A DNA stretch of 63,915 nt, filler included, from Reticulomyxa filosa (Eukaryota; Protista; Foraminifera), in the NCBI GenBank assembly GCA_000512085.1. It is 22 parts of 22 records of this genome, joined end to end, with 100 filler letters (N's around TTAATTAATTAA, not from the genome) between each part and the next. Parts side by side here need not be neighbours in the genome. Positions count along the whole stretch, not along the records: positions 52,838 to 54,163 come from ASPP01008547.1; positions 54,264 to 55,419 come from ASPP01021315.1; positions 55,520 to 57,896 come from ASPP01006473.1; positions 57,997 to 59,340 come from ASPP01019104.1; positions 59,441 to 61,569 come from ASPP01005426.1; positions 61,670 to 62,806 come from ASPP01026238.1; positions 62,907 to 63,915 come from ASPP01003164.1; 15 more parts are not named here. One strand, 5' to 3'. Below, in pieces: positions 53,659 through 63,915 of this stretch. How positions within the stretch are numbered: the first letter of the stretch is position 1; each line of letters begins with the position of its first letter. Below the pieces are notes generated by a model. That model was not told where the DNA came from and did not search any database. It saw nothing but the letters and a program-made list of their open reading frames with translations. Position numbers and translations under genes: made by a program.

Positions 53659-54095
53659 TACATCAGTAACTTTTTCAACATCTTTTTTTTCTTTTTCTTG
53701 CGTAAAAGAAACAATATTGTTTTGTTCATTTTTCTTTTTGAGACACATTCATCACAAAATTCAATTTTAATGATGTCTTTGATGATTCAATATATTACTA
53801 TAAACATTAAAAGTAATTCAGAATTGCATCTTCATTGAATTCTGCAAATAATTATTTACTTCATCTGCAATATATTTTATTAATTTCTTTAAAAAAAAAT
53901 GAAAAAAGAAAGGCCACATTGTTGTCAAATATGACATCATTTATGGATCTTAGTTGCTGATTTCATTGTATGATGATTGCTTTGTATTGTGACAATATCG
54001 TCGTGTCAATACATCCTCAGGAATTAGGACACATAAAAATCTTTCGTAGCTCAGGTTTCCGGAACAGACTTTTCCTGATGATCAGTATTGACATA

Positions 54096-54163
54096 AAGTA
54101 GATTGCAAAAAAAACTGACATACATGAATGGCACTATACGAAGAGAATCGATTTTCTCAATGA
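54096..54163 (+). mobile_element. Left TIR of the same Tc1/mariner family, cut by the contig end
   Basis: TA|aagtagattgcaaaaaaaactgacatacatgaatggcactatacgaagagaatcgattttctcaatga matches the TIRs at 45975 and 46677. Confidence 0.85.
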
Positions 54164-54263
54164 NNNNNNNNNNNNNNNNNNNNNNNNNNNNNNNNNNNNN
54201 NNNNNNNTTAATTAATTAANNNNNNNNNNNNNNNNNNNNNNNNNNNNNNNNNNNNNNNNNNNN

Positions 54264-54500
54264 TTGTCAGCCAAATTTTTGATCATTAGTAAAATTTTTG
54301 GGCATTAAACATTTTGTACATAAACTAAATTTTTGATAACACTCAATTTATTGCATATCAACTAAATTTGTATTAGTCAATTCTATGCATTAGCTAATTT
54401 TGTTATTTGCCAATTTTTGAAAATTAATCAGTTCTGGTCCCATCATAAAAAAAAGATTTTTTGGCAATTTTCTCAAAATTGTATATGACTAGCTTTACGC
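54264..54500. repeat. Second copy of the ~19-bp array (inverted) and 60-bp block (direct) seen at 2141-2465
   Basis: cattagtcaaattt-type units, then cataaaaaaaagattttttggcaattttctcaaaattg...gactagct. Confidence 0.7.
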
Positions 54501-54519
54501 CTGCCAATCTGAAAGCAGT

Positions 54520-55365
54520 AGCGCCGGCTACGGTATCAGTTGTGGCATGGTTTGGTTCAGCGAAGAGTATGTGACGTTGCCGACGCTGTTTCACAATCAA
54601 TTGGAATCACTGCGTGCAAAGCCGACATTGACTACGAGCGGAGGGGACATGGCCACTTACACTGCTCGAATGGCAATATTTGACGCAGTTGTTCAAAAAC
54701 GAGGTTCGCTTCTTTTACGAGGCCATGCAATGGGTGCAATGCAAACCACATGTGAATTCACCTAACTGCGAGCTGTGTGGTCGCTGTTTTCGCAATTGCA
54801 AGGTGGGATTCGAAATATGCTGGAATACAATGTATAGATACAGAATGGACTGCATGGAAGGACTAAGTATTGAATAAAGAGTTGGTTCCGCAACGCATCA
54901 AAGATGACAACGTAGTGATCAACACCATCGACACTCACGCGTTATCGGATCGTGGCTGCAAGAGCGAAGACAGGTCATTCTGTGCGGCCCTCCTGGCAGT
55001 GGCAAATCGATGACACTCACGGCTGTACTGAGAAGTAGCCTGCAATGAGCTCAACTTTTCGTCGACAGCTAATCCCAGTCTATTGTTCAAGTGCTTCGAG
55101 CAGCATTGCAAAGTACTTCAGACATCGCAAGGGTATACGTTGCGTCCCATTATGCCGAACAAGATATTGGTCGTGTTCTGCGACGAGTGCAATCTGCCTG
55201 CGGGAGATAAGTACGGCATGCAGGCGATCAATACGTTCCTTTGTCAATTGATTGAAAAGGGGGGGGGGGAGGTGGAGATACTGTGATCACGCGGATATGA
55301 ATTGGGTGTAATTGGAAAACATTTAAATCGTAGGCGCATGCAATCCTCCCACGGATGCGAACGTG
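54520..55365 (+). pseudogene. Cytoplasmic dynein heavy chain fragment (AAA2 end to AAA3), pseudogene
   Basis: [70 protein letters not shown]...FL.QLIEKGG, GACNPPTDA, with frameshifts, stops and internal deletions. Confidence 0.92.
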
Positions 55366-55524
55366 TAGTATTGTCCCCCCCCCTCCCCCATCGTTTTGTG
55401 AACCATTGTCCATTGGTATNNNNNNNNNNNNNNNNNNNNNNNNNNNNNNNNNNNNNNNNNNNNTTAATTAATTAANNNNNNNNNNNNNNNNNNNNNNNNN
55501 NNNNNNNNNNNNNNNNNNNGCGTG

Positions 55525-57403
55525 TTACACGCTGAGGTAGGAGGACTGCTTCAGGCCGCGGCAGAACTCGGCGAAGTAGCTGGAGCGCTCTTCTTGCGTC
55601 AGGCCGGCCACGCGCGCCTTGGCTTCGTAGCGGTTCAGGATTTCCTCCGGCGACAGGTGCACATAGCGCAGCATGTCTTCGATGGTGTCGTGCTCTTCCA
55701 CGCCTTCGAAGCTGACTTTGCCGCCATCACGCACGTACACGTTCACCGAATCGGTATCGCCGAACAGGTTGTGCATGTCGCCCAGAATCTCCTGATAAGC
55801 GCCTACCATGAACACGGCGATCAGGTACTCGTCACCGGCCTTCACTTCGTGCACCGGCATAGCTGTTTTCGATGCTCTGCTGGTCGACGTACTGCTTCAC
55901 CTTGCCGTCGGAGTCGCAGGTCAGATCCTGCAGTACGGCACGGCGGGTCGGCTGCTCGTCCAGGCGGTGAATCGGCATGATCGGCAACACCTGGTCGATG
56001 GCCCAGGTATCCGGCAGGCTCTGGAACACCGAGAAGTTGCAGAAGTACTTGTCGGCCAGCTTGTCAGTCAGCTCGTCGTACACCTGGCGCTGGCTGCGCT
56101 GGCTGGCGGTCAGCTGCGCTTGCAGACGGCGGCACAGCGCGGCGTGCACTTGCTCGGCTCGGCTTTTTCTTCAGCGTCAGGCGGCCTTCGGCATACATGT
56201 CGGACGCTTCGGACACCAGATGGCTGGCGCGGTAGTAGGTTTCGGTCACCATTTCCGCATCGGTCAGGTTCATCAGCTCCACCAGCTTGCGCACCGGGCG
56301 CGACAAGGCCGGCAGGTCGTCGATGGCGGGCATGGTGTCCGGCAGGCGCTCCACGTCGGTGACGTTGACTAGCAGCACGGCGTGGTGCGCGGTCATGGCG
56401 CGGCCGGATTCGGACAGGATGCGCGGGTGCGGAATGGCATTCTCGTCGCAGAACTCCGACAGCATGGACACGATCACGCTGGCGTACTCGTCCATGTCGT
56501 AGTTGATGGAGCTGGCGTTACGCGAGTGGGTACCGTCGTAATCGACGCCCAGACCACCGCCCACGTCCACGTGATCCACCGGCAGGCCCAGCGCGCGCAG
56601 CTCGCCAAAGTAGCGGATGGCTTCGCGGAAACCGGCGCGGTAGTCGGCGATGTTGGCGATCTGAGACCCCATGTGGAAGTGCATCAGGCGTACGTTGTCG
56701 CCGTGGCCGGCGGCTACCAGCTTGTCTACCGCAGAAATCAGCTGCGCGGCGGACAGGCCGAACTTGCCCTTCTCGCCACCGGTATCGGCCCACTTGCTGG
56801 AGGCCAGCGACGACAGGCGCACGCGCAGGCCCAGGTTGGCTTTCACGCCCAGCTTGGCGCTTTCCTGGATCAGCAGGTCGACTTCGGATTCTTTCTCGAT
56901 CACCACGAACACTTCGTGACCCAGACGCTGGCCCATCAGCGCCAAGCGGATGAAATCGCGGTCTTTGTAGCCATTGCAAACGATGGTGCAGCCCTTGGGC
57001 GCCAGCGCCAGTACGGCCATCAGCTCCGGCTTGGAGCCGGCTTCCAGGCCGATGGATACGTCCTGGGTGGCAATGATGCTCTTCACCACCGCTTCTTGCT
57101 GGTTCACCTTGATCGGGTAGATGGCGGTGTAGCGGTTGCCGTAGTTCTGGCTGGCAATCGCGTTATTGAAAGCGTGGCACAGGCGGGTGACACGGTCTTG
57201 CAGGATATCGGGGAAACGCACCAGCAGCGGCATGTCCAGACCACGATCACCCAGCGTGTGCGCCAGCTCGAACAGGTCGATTTCGCGTTGCTGATGTACG
57301 TTCGGGCGTCTTTTACGCAGCCATTTTCGCCGACATTGAAATAGCCAGCGCCCCAGTGCCGTATGCCATACAGGCTACGGCTATCCGCCACAGTCCAAGC
57401 CAT
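55525..57403 (-). CDS. speA: Biosynthetic arginine decarboxylase (bacterial contig, three frameshifts)
   Basis: [25 protein letters not shown] (PLP lysine), [78 protein letters not shown] upstream of the ATG, GC-rich codons, no introns. Confidence 0.96.
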
Positions 57404-57761
57404 GAAAGGATTTCCCTAGTTATGCAATAAATGGAAACTGCTCCTTAGTGCGCGGCTTTCGGGCTGGAAAGCTTCATGTGGGCCTGGGATGTCGGAGCGC
57501 GCAGAGTGCGGCAGGCGCCGCAAAAACGAGCGCGGATTTTAGCAACATCACGCTGCTTGACAAGCAGTATTTTTGCCCGTCCATTTTAATTAACACCCCA
57601 GCCCAAACCGCCACTTGCTGCAAGGCAGCATAGCGCGTTCATATGACTGTTTTGTCTCTATCCAGCGCCAGCCAAAAGGTTGGCCGCAGACCTGCCAACG
57701 TCCATGATTTTGAACACCCGCCAGGCACAGCTGGCACAAGGGCCAGCCACGTCGCGGCCAA

Positions 57762-57896
57762 CTACAGGAAGTCGCGCAACCGGTACCAGGCCATGCCCAG
57801 CACCAGCGCCGGGGTACGCAGCAAGGCACCGCCGGGGAAAGGCCGGTGCTGCAGCCGCTCGAACAGCGCCAGCCGGCTATCGTCGCCGGCAATCGC
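57762..57896 (-). CDS. C-terminus of an FAD-dependent oxidoreductase (gamma-glutamylputrescine oxidase PuuB/OrdL-like)
   Basis: AIAGDDSRLALFERLQHRPFPGGALLRTPALVLGMAWYRLRDFL* matches the PuuB-family tail (PFPGG...Y.LRD). Confidence 0.75.
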   Translation of the reverse strand, partial: AIAGDDSRLALFERLQHRPFPGGALLRTPALVLGMAWYRLRDFL

Positions 57897-57996
57897 NNNN
57901 NNNNNNNNNNNNNNNNNNNNNNNNNNNNNNNNNNNNNNNNTTAATTAATTAANNNNNNNNNNNNNNNNNNNNNNNNNNNNNNNNNNNNNNNNNNNN

Positions 57997-58272
57997 AAAG
58001 AAATTTATGGCTGATTTGAAAGAAGTTTATCGTGCTTCTTCCAGGGAAACCGCTGAAGCAAAGCTTTTTGGACTAGCTGATAAATGGGCTAAATATCACG
58101 CTGCTATAAAACCCTGGGTTAACAATTGGACTCAGCTTAGTACCTATTTTAAGTATTCTGAACAAATAAGAAAATTAATCTACACTACGAACATAGTTGA
58201 GGGCTTTCATAGACAAATACGCAAATTAACAAAAACCAAGGCCGCTTTTGTTAATGAAAATGCCTTGAAGGA
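57997..58272 (+). mobile_element. IS256-family transposase fragment
   Basis: FMADLKEVYRA...KW.KY....W..NW..L.TYFKY...IRKLIYTTNIVEGFHRQIRKLTKTK.AF.NENAL. The resemblance stops abruptly after ENALK. Confidence 0.92.
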
Positions 58273-58292
58273 GTTAGGCTTTTCTTATATAA

Positions 58293-59213
58293 TTACCAGA
58301 CCAAGCGTTTGTTGGTTTCTATTTTTATTGATATGCTTAAGCATTTATTAGTAAAGTTATGGAATTCAACCTTATTACGAGATAATACAAGCCCGCTTTT
58401 CTCGTACCACCTATTCGATTCTTTAATACTAGGGCCATCGTCCTTAGCTTCTACAGCAATTTCCCAATAAAATGGCATAATTTTTTTATATATAACATTA
58501 CTCTCGTTTAACTGTTTTTGTAAATCCTTTGGAAATTTTCTTATTGCATTCATTTCATATCCTAGTAACATTAAAGCAATTGAACTTAATAGCCACATAA
58601 TCTTACGTGGAATACCTGCTAGTACTTCTTCATCATCAAATTCCCGTATCTCCCCATAAGCCATAGAAGTAGCAATACTGTAAGGTGAAATATAAACCCG
58701 ACAAAACTCGTCTATAATTTCATTTTTATCTGAATTTTTAATTTTTGCAATCTCAAGAGATTGTTCTAACTGAGCAATAAAATCTGGGTTATGTGAGTAA
58801 ATATTAAATTCAACAAGTTTCTCATCTACAAAAGTTTTATGAAAGTCAGACCAAATAGAGCCATCGTAAAAGTTTATAAATCTAAAATTTTTGTAACTAA
58901 GTGTACAATTTTCTCCGCACCAAGTATTATGAAGTTTAGCTTCCAATCCTAGATTTTTTGTGAGCCTGTTTTTCTTAAGAATAAGATTTGAAAGTTCCTG
59001 TAGATCGACGCCTATTACTATTTCCGACTTAATTTTTTCATTATCTTCAAGATAATGAAAAAATTCATTAGAGGTATTGCTAACTTTTTCCTCTAAGACT
59101 TTGATTTTCTCTTTGATTAGATAAATTTCTTCTCTTGCACGACTAACATAACGCTTTAATTGAAAAAAACCAACTATGCCTACTAGTCCAAAAATAATAC
59201 TCTTGCTATCCAT
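58293..59213 (-). CDS. Bacterial hypothetical protein, 306 aa, N-terminal TM anchor and coiled coil
   Basis: Intronless intact ORF with an AGAGG Shine-Dalgarno 6 nt before the ATG; IIFGLVGIVGFF then IKEKIKVLEEKV. Confidence 0.8.
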   Translation of the reverse strand: MDSKSIIFGLVGIVGFFQLKRYVSRAREEIYLIKEKIKVLEEKVSNTSNEFFHYLEDNEKIKSEIVIGVDLQELSNLILKKNRLTKNLGLEAKLHNTWCGENCTLSYKNFRFINFYDGSIWSDFHKTFVDEKLVEFNIYSHNPDFIAQLEQSLEIAKIKNSDKNEIIDEFCRVYISPYSIATSMAYGEIREFDDEEVLAGIPRKIMWLLSSIALMLLGYEMNAIRKFPKDLQKQLNESNVIYKKIMPFYWEIAVEAKDDGPSIKESNRWYEKSGLVLSRNKVEFHNFTNKCLSISIKIETNKRLVW

Positions 59214-59239
59214 ATTTAACCTCTAAGAAAAGACTAGCT

Positions 59240-59340
59240 ATAAAATGCGCTTTTACTGTCGTTGAATCCATAAATATTATATCCATCTGTCCATATTCTC
59301 TTGGACAATCTCTCCAGAGCAATGATACTGACATCATCTT
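59240..59340 (-). mobile_element. IS5-family transposase remnant with an internal deletion
   Basis: LWRDCPREYG (IS5 N-terminal WRDLP..YG) is directly joined to MDIIFMDSTTVKAH (first DDE aspartate motif IDST.VKAH). Confidence 0.7.
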
Positions 59341-59674
59341 NNNNNNNNNNNNNNNNNNNNNNNNNNNNNNNNNNNNNNNNNNNNTTAATTAATTAANNNN
59401 NNNNNNNNNNNNNNNNNNNNNNNNNNNNNNNNNNNNNNNNTTTGCAAAGGAAAACAAGAAGTTTTTCTGTTCAGAAAACTTGTGTTACATTTGAATTCGG
59501 TTGAGAGCGTATATCTCCAAATAAGTTGCAGGACATTATCATATCAACTTCGACTTGGTTCATTGAAATAATCATAATAATTTATTAACATGCAAAAAAA
59601 AAAATTCCCCAAAATGAACCGACACAAAAAAATTACAATCAAATTTATGAAAAAAAAACTTTTCAAACTTGCAA

Positions 59675-60429
59675 ATTGAGTCCATAAACTTGACCTTGAT
59701 TGGTGACAAAGGTGTAGGGCAAACGTGGTTTCGTCATGTATATTTCTTTAATGGTTTTCCTCTACATTACAATCCAAGTTATCAAGAGATGAAAGGTTAC
59801 TCTCACGTACAGATTGTGTTCAACAACAAAGTGAGTTTGTGATTGGAGCCCTGATAATTTGAAAAGTGTTATTTTGCCCGTTGTTAACCTTTGGCCACGA
59901 GTGAATAGGCAGTCCTGTTGTCAGTTGGTGAACTTAATGGTTCAAATGGACTGTCGAAAGAAGAAATCGACAACATATATGCTACCACAGACATCTTTGT
60001 GTTGGTGTTTGACGTCGATAATCGAACCTGAAATTGTGAAGCATGAAAAAGAAAAGACGATATTGATATTGTTGGAACTAAAAAATGAACTAAAAAACTG
60101 CGATTCAACGACAACGAACAAAAACATGAAAAGAGTACAAAAACAATTTCTTGAAAAAGATCCTCTTATTACATTATTTTATTCTATCAATCAAAATTGG
60201 TTTCGAAAATATATAAATGATAACCGTGTCATACCAATTGAATAGCAAACGCTCATCATGTGCTTTGCAATGAAAGGTTCAGTCAACAGAGCTGGCTATT
60301 CAAGCGGCCATGTATCTCGAGTGTCCTTCCTTCTCACATCATCACAACAGAGTTATCTTGCATGCTTTGAATTGTTTTAAAAAATTGGAACCGAAACAAC
60401 AACATCATCGGAAATGTATTGTTATGTAG
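59675..60429 (+). pseudogene. Divergent Rho/Rac-family GTPase pseudogene
   Basis: LTLIGDKGVGQT (G1), NGFPLHYNP, TDIFVLVFDVDNR, IVGTK (G4), YLEC and terminal RKCIVM* (CAAX), spread over different frames with stops. Confidence 0.75.
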
Positions 60430-60805
60430 TGTCTGTGACGATTGTATTGCATTGTAATGAAAAGAACTTTTTTTTATCAATCTCTTTCTCACTCTTGTTT
60501 GTTTATTCAGCTTTTGTAGCTACATCTTCGGTAGTCATGTTTTAATGCTGTGAGTTTCTTTTCTCATTGCAAATTATTTATTGTTAATTGGCTAATTTTC
60601 GAGTGCTTGCATATCAATACTTAACTAGTATACTTTGTTTTTGTTACTTGTGTTCCAGGAACACGTCTGCAAATTTTCAGTATATTTGGAAGCAGTGTGC
60701 ACGACAGACTCGGTTTTGTTTCTGTAACCAACGGTCATAGTGTCCCCAGTTTCTAAACCTGACTTCTTTTTAACCTTGTTCTATAAGTAAAGTTTTTCTT
60801 GAGTA

Positions 60806-61569
60806 ATGAGCGGATATGAATTCGAGCATGAGGCTCGATATGGGCCTAGTCATGACTACGAGGAGTACTGGTACGAAAACGGGTACGAAGACTATCCAAG
60901 CTTGACAGAAGGAGGGAAAATAAGAACGAACGAGGAAGAGGAAGACTTATTAGAACTCGCGGTTTCGCTATCTTTACAAACGTTGGAGCAAGAATCACAA
61001 CAGCAACAACAATCACAACAACAACAGCCACAACAACAACCACAACAACCACAACAACACGTTGAGAAATCGAAATCAACAACTCCTCCATTAATCGAAG
61101 ACGAGATAAAAATGCTGGACGAGTGTAACTGGAAGCAAAGAAGGGCAAAACACGAAAAAAAGCAGATGCAAGAAACGACAATGGACGTTGACACAAAAAT
61201 AGGCAAATTTGATTGGTCAAATTTGGCAAGCAATGCATTTGGTTATATTCTGAGGTTCTTTGAGTTCCATGAGCTGTGTGGAGTGTTGACGAGAGTGAGC
61301 AAAATGTTTAACAAAATGTGCGTATTGCCGGAGAGTATCAGACATGTTCGAATCGATATGCGATTTGTGCATTATGTATTGTTCACCCGTGAGGTGAACG
61401 TCGCGACGTTTTCGCGTGTTACTACGAATACTTATTTATCGACAGCAGAAAAGTCATTACGCCAAAGAGGGACTTGGACGATGTGTCATTTTTGTCGTAG
61501 AGTGGCTTCGACCGGGAATTGGTTTTATATTTGGAGTTTGTGGATAAATATGGAATTTTTTTTTTTTTT
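60806..61569 (+). CDS. UIM + poly-Q + F-box protein (5' partial)
   Basis: EEEDLLELAVSLSLQ is a ubiquitin-interacting motif. WSNLASNAFGYILRFFEFHELCGVLTRVSKMFNKMC is F-box-like. The 3' part of the ORF is probably intronic. Confidence 0.72.
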
Positions 61570-61859
61570 NNNNNNNNNNNNNNNNNNNNNNNNNNNNNNN
61601 NNNNNNNNNNNNNTTAATTAATTAANNNNNNNNNNNNNNNNNNNNNNNNNNNNNNNNNNNNNNNNNNNNTTCCGCTCTACCTCAAAACGCTATCTGAAAA
61701 TTCTCAAAAAAAATAAAATAAGCAGCTTTTTTAAAATTTTTTAAACAACAAAGTAAAAAAAAAAAAAAAATTAAATGTTTGAATTTAATATATACTTTCT
61801 TTAATCAAATTTTTCAAACAAAAACACTTTTCATTTGATAAGAAAGTAAATTATCCACA

Positions 61860-62806
61860 AATATGAATGGGACCATTTGAACCATAACATAAATTAATTA
61901 AGTACATATCATTTTCTTTCTTTTTTAGCTTAATGAATTTAAGACATGATATTTTGTATTCTTTGATTGCATATAATTCTTTCTTAATAAATCGTATATA
62001 CCAAAAATAAATTTTATTATCAAATGAAAGCGAAGATATAACATTTGAATTACCAATATAATCCTTTATTACGAATGGCGAGTATTCAACAGATAATATT
62101 CGCTCTTTATGTCCATTTCACTCTCGAATTGGTTGACCAGATCGAATATCCACAAACAAATACTTTTATCATATGATCCGGATAATATTGTATTCAATAA
62201 TTCATTTGATCCATATTTTACACTCCACACATGATCTTTATGTCCTTTAAATACATTACTTTGTTTGAATGTTTCAATATCCAATATTCGAATGGTATTA
62301 TCACCTGATCCAGAACAAATTGTATATCCATTTCCACCAATTACGCCAATATTATTATTATCATTGTTATAATTACTTTGTAATGGTGATATATCAATAC
62401 TCCAAATACAACCTCGATGTTCACTAAAAATATGTAATTGTTTTGATGTTTCAACATCCCATAAACGAATTGTTGTGTCAAATGATCCAGAACATAAATA
62501 TCTACCACAATTAAATGATGAAAGTCTAATACAATATATATCATGAGTGTCCATCGAATATTTTAATGGTTTATTATGTTTGAAATCCCAAGAGCGAATA
62601 TTATTATCATGTGATGAAGATAAGATGACATTTTGATGGTGATTGTGATAATGATATGGTGAAAATTTCACACAATACACAATGGATGAATGTCCATTGA
62701 ATAATTGAATTTGTTTGTTGTTATCAACATCCCATACACGAACTGTTTTATCAGATGATCCGGAACAAATGAATTGACAATCATCAAATGTTGAATAATC
62801 AATACT
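61860..62806 (-). pseudogene. WD40-repeat gene of the expanded family, degenerate toward the C-terminus
   Basis: ICSGSSDKTVRVWD, FNGHSSIVYCVKFS, LCSGSFDTTIRLWD, IGVIGGNGYTICSGSGDNTIRI, FKGHKDHVWSVKY, ILSGSYDKSICLW, with frameshifts afterwards. Confidence 0.88.
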
Positions 62807-62906
62807 NNNNNNNNNNNNNNNNNNNNNNNNNNNNNNNNNNNNNNNNNNNNTTAATTAATTAANNNNNNNNNNNNNNNNNNNNNNNNNNNNNNNNNNNNNN
62901 NNNNNN

Positions 62907-62907
<1 letters not shown>

Positions 62908-62937
<30 letters not shown>

Positions 62938-63882
62938 GGACAAGGACAAGAGCCGGAAATAATCGAATTCGACGACGACACGGAAGAGGAAGTGATTGAT
63001 ATGAGACACTATTCCAGTGGTAACAAGGACAGAGATGTTGATAGGTTCAATCGTGAGAGACGACGAGGGGGAGATTACTTCAGAGGGAGGGACAGAGGAG
63101 GAAAAAGGGCAAGGGTCGAAACGCAAAGGGATATGCAAGATGTGCGATATCGTCGCAAACATGAAACGGCACCACAACCATCGGACAATTTCGAGCATTC
63201 GCAGCAGATCACCGCGGCCAATGAGAAAGATCAATCTCAAGAACAACAACAAGAACAAGGACAACAACAAGAACAAGAACAAGAACAAGAACAAGAACAA
63301 GGACAACAACAACAACGACAAGGGTATGGACGTAATAGCCATTGGAATGATCGTGGCGATTCACACAATTATCGCGACTATGGTCGGTTCAGAGGTGGCG
63401 GACGAGGAAGAGGACGAGGGGGACGTGATGATAAAAGACCAGGCCATTGGGATAACAAAGATCGAGGCAAACGAGGAGACAGAGAAACGGGAAGAGGAAG
63501 AGGTCGGAGTGACTATGAAAAATATGACGACGGAAGAGAACTACTTTCATTCGATCGGAGTCGACCGACATGGAAACATGCCGGCGAACAGCAATCGAAA
63601 GCGGCCAGATATGGCGGCGACGTCAGACGAGACAGAAAACCCAACTACCATCAAGAGTCAGGTTTCATTACTGCCACACAATCGTCGGTTGGAGACAAAT
63701 CGAAAGACGAACACGACTGGTCCAGAGGCCACACACACAAACTGCCCAAGAATGAAGAAAACGAGTATGACCGAAGTCTTTTTGTTACCAAACATCATCG
63801 CCAAATTGAAAATGCAAATGCAAATGAATATATAAATGATAATGACAAAATTGACAATGAAAATGAAAATGAAAATGATAAC

Positions 63883-63915
<33 letters not shown>
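62908..63915 (+). CDS. Q/E-rich, RGG-rich disordered protein (internal exon, open at both ends)
   Basis: The frame starting at 62908 has no stop to the window end: poly-Q, DRFNRERRRGGDYFRGRDRGG, YGRFRGGGRGRGRGGRDD, then (EN)n and poly-N. It is missing from the ORF track. Confidence 0.75.

Noticed and set aside
55522-57344. Long + strand ORFs on the GC-rich contig
   Set aside because: Antisense shadows of speA caused by high GC.
55525-57403. speA as a horizontally acquired or pseudogenised host gene
   Set aside because: It fills its own contig with bacterial codon usage, a ribosome-binding site and a bacterial neighbour. All motifs are intact, so the frameshifts are most likely low-coverage errors.
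63017-63835. 272-aa ORF as the real protein
   Set aside because: The frame from 62908 is longer and gives poly-Q/RGG/poly-N sequence matching the low-complexity style of other genes here.

Overview
This window is not one locus. It is about 22 short assembly contigs joined by 21 artificial 100-bp linkers (N44-TTAATTAATTAA-N44), so adjacency across a linker means nothing biologically. About 20 contigs come from an AT-rich, intron-containing protist. A one-residue insertion at a polyubiquitin monomer junction points to Rhizaria. The WD40 and RING/TRAF-coiled-coil gene families and the many pseudogenes fit a foraminiferan such as Reticulomyxa (inference). Recognisable host genes: endoglycoceramidase-like GH5, a RING/TRAF zinc-finger protein, a BAR-like protein, a 1035-aa FYVE-PDZ-PDZ-TM-EDR2_C protein, an RGS protein, a RelA/SpoT-like nucleotidyltransferase fused to ankyrin repeats, an MRH-domain protein, CDC50, OARD1/TARG1, a CDPK, a sulfotransferase-like protein, a UIM-F-box protein, WD40 genes and an RGG-rich protein. 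Decayed fragments include an AGC kinase (two copies), Pumilio, polyubiquitin, dynein heavy chain and a Rho GTPase. There is also a Tc1/mariner-derived non-autonomous element family. Two contigs are bacterial: a GC-rich one (puuB-like 3' end plus speA) and an AT-rich one (orphan gene between IS256 and IS5 remnants, endosymbiont-like). The best candidate for an undescribed system is the spliced RelA/SpoT-like synthetase-ankyrin gene at 31204-32957. All domain calls come from reading motifs by eye; no searches were run.
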